Source of the DNA: Chrysomallon squamiferum
Taxonomy: Eukaryota > Animalia > Mollusca
NCBI GenBank assembly: GCA_012295275.1
Contig: CM022674.1
Coordinates: 1,860,001 to 1,924,000 of the forward strand
DNA length: 64,000 bases
Direction: 5' to 3'
The position numbers and the translations under genes were made by a program. The notes beneath the pieces were generated by a model that was not told the origin of the DNA, did not search any database, and saw nothing but the letters and a program-made list of their open reading frames with translations. This document shows positions 34,311-44,928 of the stretch, piece by piece (within the stretch, counting starts at the first letter, position 1; each line of letters begins with the position of its first letter).

Positions 34311-34828
34311 ATGAGAAATGAATAAAACTAGCTTTACACAATTTAAAACTATTTATAATCATAATCAGAGAACAGATTAAACTTATTCCTCCATTTTACA
34401 AGAAATGATTTTATTTATTTATTCATTTTTTTACTTCCCACAGCACATCACATTCATTAACAGCATAAAACTAAACAGTATGTTTAACACTTAATAAGAA
34501 TAATCTACATTTGACAATAAATGAACACATTTTCATGCTGCAATGATGCACCTTCAGCTACTAATACTTAGCACACAGATGACATATATATATGAGTTTT
34601 ATATATATCTTTATATATATTACAAAAAGTCTGTTAGTATTTCTCAGGTAAATTCATTAACACCTGTGTCACAATATTCCCACTGCAAATTACAATACCA
34701 AAACAATCCTACCTACACATGTAGATAAAGCTTGTCATTCCAAGAGCAGTTAGTTTTTTTTTAAATACTTTCTGGTGAATCTGTTATTCTTTGCATGCCA
34801 CATGTACACACACACATATATAGATGCA

Positions 34829-34863
<35 letters not shown>

Positions 34864-37800
34864 GACTGTGTATGTATTTTTATATATATTTATATGTAAA
34901 CATTCATGCAACATACACAGCAAAGAGAAATTAAAAAATTGACAACACATACAGTTAGATTGGTATTATGGATTAGTACTGTTACAAGTTTAATGTGGGA
35001 TAAATTCTGAAGTGGGATTAACCAGAATTTGTAGATGATCATTAACAAGCAATGATCTTTTGGGGATTTTTAAAAAAAAATGTTAAATATATATAAAGTG
35101 CTGTTTTATATGCTTTATACAAAATATTATGTTAAAAAAAAATAAAAAAATAAAATAAAAATGTACATATATTTACTGTAACATCCTTTTGTTCTACTGA
35201 TTATATTATTTATTTATTTATTTATTTATACCCATCTGTAACTTGTAAGCAGACATTTAATTTCAATTCATCTCATTTAAATTTGTTCAAGTCTCTTAAA
35301 CTTTTCAGTATTACACCAAATTTGAGTTTATTTCTGATTTATGTTACTGCCCACTCACAACACTGAATATATGACAAATACAGTATTTACAATAAAATAA
35401 TAATAATAATAAAAAAAAAATTACTTTAAATACAGTAAATAAAAATAATAATAATAATAAAAAAAAAAAAATATTTTAAATATATATACCAGCATATAAA
35501 ATAAACGTGAAAATATGCTTTACGGAAATCATGCTTATTAAAAATATAAACAAAACAGATGAGCTTTACAGAAATACCAAAGTTTCCATGACACCAGCTA
35601 GCAGCAGACACCCACCCCAGATTCAGAAGCCAGTTGATGCTTTGAACCCACTTCCAGAAAAAAAAAAACAATAAAAAAACAGTGCAGTTCTTGTGATTGC
35701 TTACTGATTTTCAGTTCTAGTTTTTGGTGAATATTTATTTATTTATTTATTAATTTTTTTTCTTTTATTTCAGATGTAATAATAAAAAAAAAAAAAAAAC
35801 ACATGCATATTAGTAGTGACCAAAAAAAAAAAAAAAAAAAAAAAATGCTCTTTACAAATTGTTCTTTCTGTTTCAAAAAAGCCCCAGTAATTTTCACGAG
35901 AAAAAAAAACTGATGCTCTTTAGAGGGAGGCAAGATTTACTAGCAAGGAAGAAACAGTACTAGGTGTGTACAACATTAGCTCAAAGGGCACATACCAACT
36001 TTAAAAGCTCTGCTCTTGTTTGCCGATTGCTTAAAGGGGCAACCTTCTGCTGTCCCCATCTGACCTAGAGTTTCAAAGAGAAATGGGGTGATGTATAAAG
36101 ATGATTAGATGATATTTTTCTTGACTTTTTTATTTTTTTTATTTTGTTGCTCTGGAGGGAGAAAAAAAAAAAATTAAAATACTATCATATCATCAGACAA
36201 GAAAGCAAATGGACAAAATGTTTTCCCTGTTTCTGATTAAAAACAGAAATTATTTTATCATTAAAAAAAATTTAAAAATTAAAATTTCCCACAAATATAA
36301 ATGTAAATACAGATATATATATATGACAATTATCCTAGAGGAACAGTGCATTATAAAATAATAAAATAAGGCAGTTGCAGACATTATTAATATTTACCAA
36401 TTAGAAAATAATATTGAAATTGTTCCCAAACATCTTGTTTTTTTTATTTATTTATTATTTTAACTTGCAGTGTAAGAATAACCTTTAAAACAAAAAATCT
36501 ACTAAAAAAAATAATAATAATAATAATAAAAGTAATAAGTATTAAAACAGTTTTAAGTTTTATAAAAATGAAGTAACTGAAATGAAAAGTGAATTTAAAG
36601 GTCAATGAATCAAAATAATAAAAAAATAAAATAAAATAAAATAAATTAAAACACAGAAAACTGACAAATAAACATAATCTTATGATTACACAAAATCACT
36701 CTAGCATTTCTATCAAAATCAACTTGGATATTTTTTTACTATTATTACGTAGTGTTAACAAAAGACAAAAAAGTGTAAGAAAAAGATTTCAGATTACACT
36801 TTAATTTTGAAATCATTTCTCTAACAAGACTACACATAATATATTAAAGAAGATGAACTGGGGAAAAAAGCTGTTGGAACACAATCAAGGCAGTACATAC
36901 CAGCTTCAATCGAACCAGACCATCTGTCCACCATTCGTTCGATCACGACTTCAAACATTTCGTTGTCTTTCAGTGGTCTGTTGCTGACAATGATGGCGTC
37001 GTTGAAGTCACCACTAGCTTTGGGCCGCGCTGCTGTTTTGCCGTTGTTGAGAATGGTGGCATTGTTACCGTGGAGATGATGGAACCGCAGTTCGTCCATT
37101 TCTGTGAAGACACTCGACTCCATTTCTGGAGAGCTTAGGAAATCTGTGATTTTTTTTATATATATAAATGATTTTTAATTTGTATTTATTTATAAATATA
37201 TATATATATATATATATTCATCTTATTTAAAGAAAAACAGATTTAGAGATATCTTATATATATATAAGTACCACAGAAATTTGCGCTGATAACACAACAA
37301 TAATAATAAATTTAAACAGAATTTTATATTTTATTGGATAGTAAATGAATCGCCCACAACAGCAACAACTACTGGAATATGAAAACTATATCTGACAACG
37401 CACTACAAGCAGACGACAAAACAAATAAACATATATATATAATTTAAAAAATTCATTTTATTTAAACAAAATGTCAAATAATCTATTGCATTACTTAAAC
37501 TGGCTGACTTAATTATCTAACACATTACCTGACTGGCTAACTTCATTATCTAACACATTACCTGACTGGCTAACTTAATTATCTAACACATTACCTGACT
37601 GGCTAACTTAATTATCTAACACATTACCTGATTGGCTAACGATTGTTGCCTGAGCTGCCTGGCCATAAAGGTCAATGACCCCATACACATTCTCTGGGAC
37701 GTTTGATGCAGCCACACCCTGGTCTATCCCATTCACTGAGAAATGCACCGTTCCATCTGGTTTCCGAACCACACCCACCCTGTCTCCCACCTACAAAAAT

Positions 37801-37941
37801 ATAGTAAAAAAAAATAAGAAAAAAAGATTTTTTTTATAAAATATACTTTTAGATTTTTGCTTCAAAGAATATTTTTAACTACTTAACTGGTATTTGCAAT
37901 CAGAAATGTATTTTATTCATATGTTTTATATATATCTATAT

Positions 37942-37974
<33 letters not shown>

Positions 37975-40900
37975 GAGAGAAGGAGAGATAGATAGATAGA
38001 TAGAAAGAGAGCTAGACAGACAGATTATCACTGAATTGCTTCAAAACTCTGTTAATCACCTTAAATCAAAATAAACGTTCAATGTATATTTATATATTTA
38101 TAAAAAAAAAAAAAAAAACAATCTCACCTTTAATCTATCGAGATTCTGTCCATACTCATCTATGACGGTAGTGCCGTTGTGCATGACGCCGTTTCCCGTC
38201 ATCATCCACGTTCCCGATCGAATGTTTGTCATAGTTGACGGAAAGTCAAGGTCACTTGGGGAGTGAGACGTTAACCCAATCTCAATGGACCCAGCCCACT
38301 TGTCCACCATCTTGTCCAGGCGTACTTCAAATACCTCGTTAGGCCGAAGAGTTCTGTTGGTGAGGACAACTCCGTTGTTGAAATCATCAAGAGCACTGGA
38401 AAGAAAAACATTTTTTTTTTTTAAATTATATATAATATATATATAATTTTTTTTTTTTTAATTTAAAACATAGGTTCTCTTACTGAAAAAAGATTGAAAA
38501 AAAATTAAAAGAAAAAAGTTATAAAATGTATATTTTTGAAACATTAATACTAGTTATTGATTATCTATCTTATTGAAAGAATACGTGCTTCTGCAATATT
38601 ATAGATTACTCTTATAGTTAGGAGGTTTTTTTTTTTTATAAGCCATTTCCCAAACATTGGAATGTTTCCAAAACAAACTCTGAAACAGAATCTGGGAATG
38701 TTAGTAACTCAGGTCACTGTGGTGACATGTTCCCATGACCTGCCTTTCTTCATATAAACACTCAACCATAAAGCTATAATTTTTCTCCAATTTTAAACAG
38801 ACAACAGACAAATTTGACAGTGTCCGCCATGACTAGAATTTTCGTTGAAAATTAACGCAGTAATCCAAATTTTAATAATTTACTTTGATTTTGAATGTTT
38901 TTATGTTTTTTTGTTGTTTTTTAATGCTCTATTAATTTCACTTTGTTTCTGAATGGTTAACTTTTTTCTCTTTTTTTTTTTCGTTGAAAGTTCTGTTAAA
39001 TATTTAATTTACATTCTGTTCTACTGATTATTTAAGTGTTTTGAGTTCTCACTTTGGTCTGTATGCTGTCCTCTGGCCATTAATGACAGCTGCGTGAGCT
39101 CCACACTGTGGATTAAACATCAGTTTTTCTGTCTCATCCTCTGCACAAAACAAAAACAAAATGGCGTCAATTTTTGAAAAATTTTACTCAATTCCATAAA
39201 AATATGATTTTTTTTTTTTTAAATCCATTTAAAAAAGAAAAAGAACATAAAGAAATAGAAAAAGTAAAATAGCAACCTTAAAGTTAATGTTTATTATTTA
39301 TCTGATAATTATACACGCACACATGTATAATTATTTAATGTGTCAAGACCTTGAAGTACCTGTAAAATACATTATCTTTTGGATATTTTCTCCTTCACTA
39401 CTGCTAAAAAATATAAATATAAAATAATACTGAAGTAAAATGTTATTCTTAAGACACACAAGTAATCAATAATAACATTAACAATTCATAAAAATTAAAT
39501 GCAAAATATATTCGAAAGTAAATATGCCCAAAACAAATAAATAAATAAAAGAAATAAACAGTTTAATAACAGTAATAATTATTATATAACAAAAACAATA
39601 ATAAAATAAATAAATAAAAAATAAATAAAATGAGAAAAGAAGCACATTCTTCTGATTTTTACCGAAAGCCAGCTCATCTTCCGAGCCTGTGTGAAAATTT
39701 CTCAAAGCAGCCTCAGCAGTTATTGCCCTTGCTTCTGGAAAAGGGGCAGACAACTCATTGGGATAGGAGGGGTCCAACCGGTCAATAATTGTCACCTTAA
39801 CAGCCATTCCGTACAGATCAACCACACCCCACACCTGACTGGGTGTGGCACTGGAGGCCACGCCCTGGTCTAAACCGTTTATGTAGTAATGAAGGCAGCC
39901 TCCCGATTTCCTGATCAAACCAATCCGATCTCCTTCCTGTTAGTCAACAAGAAGTTATATTAATGAAATTAATCTAATGAAATGAATTTTAACATTCTTA
40001 TTTTTCTATACTTGCTTCCAGATATAGGTGCTGTCAGTTATGTTAAGACAGTACACATTCTGACAATATCTGTAAATCAGAAGAGTCGTGCACAAAAACA
40101 TTAAGTATGTAAGTACATAGATTTTTTTTTACAACATCTGAGATAAGAATTCAAATGTTTGTGGTTGGTCTTTGTCAGAAGATGAATCTGAATATATTGT
40201 TAGCTTTAAACACACGCACACACACACACACACATTAATCTTTAAGTATGTTATACAAACATTACTGTAAGATACTAATATATTAAGATCATTCCCTGAA
40301 TATAACTTATGAACTTGAACGTAACTGAATTTTATTTATTTTTATTTACTTACTTACTTATTTTTTTTCTTCTTTTTTTATATGGAGAATGGAAACTACA
40401 GTGATGAAGCTAATGAACAATATATTCACATTTACAAGCTGACTCAAAGCCAACCCAAACAGTAATCACAAAATTCAGATAGTGCTAAAAATATGTATAT
40501 ACTGACATTGCTACGTAACATAAATTAATAAAAAATAAAAAAAATGTATGTTCTTTTTTTAAGACTTGAATAACAGTATCCTAGTAAGAATAACTCAAAT
40601 AAAACAAGAATGATCTTTAATGCAGCAGGTGATGTGCCTGTGTTATAAGTTTCTCTAGTAACCATGGTAACTCATATACCGTCAACTCGTCCAGATTGAA
40701 GTGACCATACTCCCTCCTTGTTCCTTTCCCGTTTGTAAGAATGCCACACCCACTCATCATAATGGTTCCTGAGGGCAAACATTTATACATTTAAATAATA
40801 TAATAATAATTAAAAAAAATTTAAAAAAAAGAGATAGAAATATTACAACAAATGTTATTTCCTATACATTTCTATAAAGACTAAATTTTAGCCACAATAT

Positions 40901-42499
40901 AAATTATTGTCAGAACCAAAAAATTAAAACATTTCAACTTAATTAAAGTAAAGGGAAATGAAAAAAAAGAAATATATATATATATAATGAAATATCTTAA
41001 AGTTTATGGTACTTGGTATTAATCATATTAAATTTAATATTCAGGATCAAGAAATAAAAACCTATTATTATTTTATGTTTAATGTAAATATATGTTTAAA
41101 TCACTCCTAAAATAAGCATAACACAAATTATATGTTAACAGTATTTAAAAGTACGGTAATCAGTAAAAATATAGATGGCACTATTCAAATTTTATACCAT
41201 AAAATATCAAGATGTAGTCAGAACAGATTTTGCATGGTAATTCAAAACAGTTAAACCGTACAATGACTGACTGGTATTTTAAGAAATGACTACATTGACA
41301 GACAAGCTGAGACAGACAGACAGACGGACAGACAGTATTACCTGACTGATGTCCTGACCTCATGTTGGTCATCGTAGCAGGGAACTCCAGACTAGATGGG
41401 TTGTGGGTTGTAATTCCCACCTCAATGGAACCAGACCATTTGTCCACCAGTCGATCTAACCGTATCTGTAACAACAGTTAAAAGATTTTTGTTCAAAAGT
41501 ATCTTTAAACCATCGACTGTCTTAATTAATCCTTGTGTTGATTGATAATTTACTTCACCTGCCTGTCGATAGTTTTCACTGTAACCACAGTAAGTGGTTT
41601 GCGATTCTTTGGCCTGTCGTGTCATAATTATCAGCAGTCCAGCATGATGTGGGGAAATTATCTAATTCTACAGAAAGCAGGACAGCACTTACTCTATGTT
41701 TTAAGACAGAACATCAGGAGGACAGTTTTATCAGCAAGAGATATTTTCAGTCTGTAAACTGATGTTCTTTTTTTCATCCATGAAAGTATTAAAAGAATTA
41801 ATAATTTATATACTGTTGTGTATGCAAGTACATAGGTGTGTGTGTATGTGTGCATTAATTATTCTAGTAATTTAGATGTTATTGTGTTTTTGTATAATAT
41901 ATACATAATTAGATATACAGACAGAGAGACTGATCAATAGATATATGTGTGTGGGTTTATGATCATCTGTTTATGTGCATGCAATAACACAGAACATTTT
42001 AAATGAACTAAACAACATATTACAAAATGTTCATTTCTAAAAAAAAAAATTACTAACAAAAATATTAACTGTTGTATCTAATTACCCTCAAAGCATTAAG
42101 AAAAACATTTACTGTGGACTTAGGTAAACAAAAAAAAATTCAAAAGAAATTTTTTCAAAAAATTATTAAACTGAACTCTACCTCAAACAGCTCATCATCT
42201 CGAAGGGGCCTGTTCGTCATGACGACGCCGTTGTTGAATTCGTCCATTGGACGTCGTCTCTCTGCTGTGCGTCTGTTGTTGCTCAGTTTAACCAGCGTCC
42301 CACACGTCTCGTGGAATCTGAGACGGTCGTTTGAATTCATGTCGTCGTCCGAATTGTTGCAGGCCAATTCTCGACTGGCTGCCAGGTCATTGGCTATCTG
42401 GTTTGACAGTTCAGCTAAAAACTCGTTGGCCAATTCATTGGCCAGTTCGTTAGTCATTAAATTTGTACTGACTGCTGAGGCTGTAACAGTAATAATAAC

Positions 42500-42560
<61 letters not shown>

Positions 42561-43007
42561 TAATAATAATGATATTTAGATTTTAGTAGTAGTAGTAGTT
42601 CTAGTAGTTGTAATAGTAGTAGTAATAATAATAAAATTAACAATAGTAATACTAATAATTTTAAAAATCCTAATTATAATTATAAACACATCCTATAATT
42701 TTATTCAAGATATACAACAATAAAAAAAAATTATTAAAAAAAAATAGAAATAAAGTGAAAATCTTACTATTTAATTCTAATGAACAAAGAATTCACAAAC
42801 AAATGCAGCTTTATTTCAGTGAAAAAAAAAAGTTTAAAAAATAAAAAAATGTTTTTTTATTTTATTATTTCACGTCCTATTTTATTATGATTATTTTATT
42901 TTAGCTAATTCTCAGAAAGTATATATATTCAGTGAAAGTGCAATTTTAACAATTAATGTGTTGTAAACTTACAAAAATCAAACAAAAAATAAAACTTCAA
43001 GCAATTA

Positions 43008-43061
<54 letters not shown>

Positions 43062-43807
43062 TTACAGAAAAGAAGAAAACTGACCAGTGGATGCAGTGTT
43101 GAACTGTCTGTGTGCATTGTCCACTATCGAAATCTGGGAACACTTTCCGTACATGTCTATCACAGGGTAGACCCTGGAAGGAATTCCAGTTGCAGCTGAA
43201 CCTTGGTCTACTCCATTTACGAAAAAGTGCAAAACACCCTGAAACGGAGAAAAGGTCACTTACAAAGACAATAAAATACAACAAAAGTCATTTTCACATG
43301 ATAAATCTGAAACTGAACTAACAATAATAATAATATAACCGTATTGAAATATTAAAAGAAATAAAATAAAATAAAAAAATAAAATAAAAAAATAAAATTT
43401 AAATAAATTTAAAAAAAACAAAATTAATAATAAAAGATTAATAAATAAATGATAAAATACATATTAAACAGGTGATGTAAGTAATAAGAAAAAATGTTCA
43501 GAACTTATGTTATTAATGTTGACAATAGAAAAACATTTCAACAAGCTAGTATTTTTTTTTGATGAAGAATAATATTTTGCTTAACAAGTGTGTTAAAGTA
43601 TGTTATGTATTTAACAGATAAATGGCATATATAATATTGTTAATTAAATTTTTAATAAATCAACTGATTTAATGATTTATTGTTATATAAACTGATCTGA
43701 GTTTAACTAGTGACTATCTGAGGTATGTTTGTCAAAGACAAAAAGTCATATTTTATCCTGCTCATATAGAAATTAAATTCCATATCCAGCAAATTAAAAA
43801 TAAATAA

Positions 43808-43841
<34 letters not shown>

Positions 43842-44066
43842 GTTTCTTTACCTGGGCTGTTCTCATTACACCAACTTGATCATTCTCTGAAAGCTGATCA
43901 AGATCACAGCCATACTCCTCAATCATAGAATGTCCATCTTTCAGAATTGAACTGCCAGACATCACCCATGTTCCTTCCCTGAAACCTGTTGCACTAATTG
44001 GAAAATTTAAACTGTTTGGGTTGCATGTTGTCACCCCAATTTCAATTGAGCCACTCCATGAGTTAA

Positions 44067-44125
<59 letters not shown>

Positions 44126-44727
44126 TTTGATTGCTTTTCCTGTTCCAGTGTCCAAGGAAATGAAGGATGTAAATATAAATATTTGATGAAAGGTACACAG
44201 TTAGAGTTTGATAGCATGGAATTGGTGTAAATATAGTGAAAATACATTTCTGATATTGATTTTTCTATCAAAATGTATAATATTAATTAATAATTAGTAA
44301 ATTACTAAGAACATGTTAAAGATGTTATTTAGGTAATTGTGTCTAATAAAAAAACAAAATAAAAATAAAACATTTACGAACCATAAAAAATACAATATAT
44401 TTACAGCTATTCAAAAATTCTATTTCCACAATTGCTTTAATTTTCCAGTTTTTATCTGTATATAATTAGAATCAAAATGAAGATTATGCAGCATAATAAT
44501 ACTCTGAACCAAGAAGAACTGCGCTGAAAAACAACACAGATATTGGCGATAATTACCTTTTTATCTATTCTCACTTCAAAAATCTGACCATCTTTCAAAG
44601 GTTCTGCACCAAGAATAACACCATTATTAAACTCCTGGGTTGGATGATTACGTTTGGCAGTGCGGTTGCCATTTGACAGGGTTACAAGTGTTCCCGTTCT
44701 ACTGTGAAACTGCGGTAACGCAGCCAT
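21846..44727 (-). CDS. NEURL4: Neuralized-like protein 4 (6 NHR domains + C-terminal ART-like domain), 27 coding exons, about 1456 aa
   Basis: Exons: 44557-44727, 43852-44067, 43085-43238, 42182-42480, 41342-41465, 40680-40768, 39663-39936, 39053-39140, 38128-38395, 37628-37790, 36901-37143, 32355-32433, 31624-31802, 30836-30970, 30109-30248, 29273-29485, 28796-28894, 28248-28370, 27023-27196, 26326-26484, 25844-26023, 25139-25220, 24364-24471, 23833-23971, 23482-23597, 22489-22636, 21846-22053. They sum to 4371 nt with an open frame and GT-AG introns throughout. Six repeats of the NHR pattern (FH..G..v.L...rTA.R...FNNGVV..rPL..E.FEV.id....W.GSIE.G...G.LHy.vNG.DQG.A...VID.YG) are present. The C-terminus is ...[11 protein letters not shown]...[29 protein letters not shown]. 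Confidence 0.96.
23379..23478. repeat. 22-bp minisatellite (agggagataactcagtacataa) x about 4.5, starting at +4 of NEURL4 intron 25
   Basis: Read directly; abuts the donor at 23480-23481. Confidence 0.9.
24555..24935. repeat. Degenerate three-copy repeat, period about 160-165 bp, in NEURL4 intron 22
   Basis: aaaataag....gaa.t.cta...agtat.ga recurs at about 24580, 24742 and 24887; the first two also share aatattaac.gctt..ttaattaag. Confidence 0.6.
24968..25160 (-). repeat. 32-33-bp tandem repeat x6 spanning the NEURL4 exon 22 donor
   Basis: Unit GAAAAAGCTGATATAGACGATG|GTAAGTAATTT. Donor GT at 25138, 25105, 25073, 25040 (GTGAGT), 25007 and 24975. Confidence 0.95.
27495..28253 (-). repeat. 67-77-bp tandem repeat x11 spanning the NEURL4 exon 18 donor
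   Basis: Unit (minus) GTTAGTGTGTTAGCTGTCTACTAACTTACTAACAAACTAAC(TAAC)ATTAAAAGTGTAACTCCACACACCAG. There are 11 CACCAG|GTTAGT junctions, one mutated to ATTAGT near 28105. Confidence 0.95.
32440..32995. repeat. 26-bp minisatellite (aaaatatcaacatcaatgacaacatt) x about 20, abutting the exon 12 acceptor; inverted copy at 33215-33246
   Basis: Read directly; 33215-33246 is a perfect 32-bp reverse complement of array sequence. Confidence 0.9.
35996..36064 (-). CDS. Candidate alternative 69-nt cassette exon of NEURL4 ([23 protein letters not shown])
   Basis: Acceptor ccccatttctctttgaaactctag, donor TTG|gtatgt, length divisible by 3, phase 1-1 matching intron 11, no stop codon. No transcript evidence. 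Confidence 0.5.
37488..37640 (-). repeat. 33-bp tandem repeat x4 plus one decayed copy spanning the NEURL4 exon 10 donor
   Basis: Unit GTTAGCCAGTCAG|GTAATGTGTTAGATAATTAA. Donor GT at 37627, 37594, 37561 and 37528. Confidence 0.95.
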
Positions 44728-44928
44728 TTTCTAACTGTCAAACTGGTGCCCTTGGAGGAATTACGCCAAAGAGAGAAAAACACTTCGGTTATATTCGTGT
44801 CGTCTTACATGTTCCGAAATGTTCCGAAGATTCTGATTCTCGTTCATAAAACATTCCGAAGTTTAACGACTTCGCTCGTCGATTGACCTTAACCTTTAGT
44901 TTTCAGTGGTGTATATAAAAATACAAAA
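44728..44928. promoter_or_regulatory. Compact bidirectional promoter and 5'UTRs shared by NEURL4 and ING5
   Basis: 201 bp between divergent ATGs and locally CpG-rich. TTCCGAA occurs three times (44812, 44822, 44854). Both start codons sit in YY1-like AAAATGGC motifs. Confidence 0.8.

Noticed and set aside
42072-42563. 163-aa plus-strand ORF
   Set aside because: Antisense to NEURL4 exon 4 and extended by an (AAT)n tract.
44911-44920. TATA-like GTATATAAAA before ING5
   Set aside because: Only about 10 nt from the ATG, too close to be a functional TATA box for this start.
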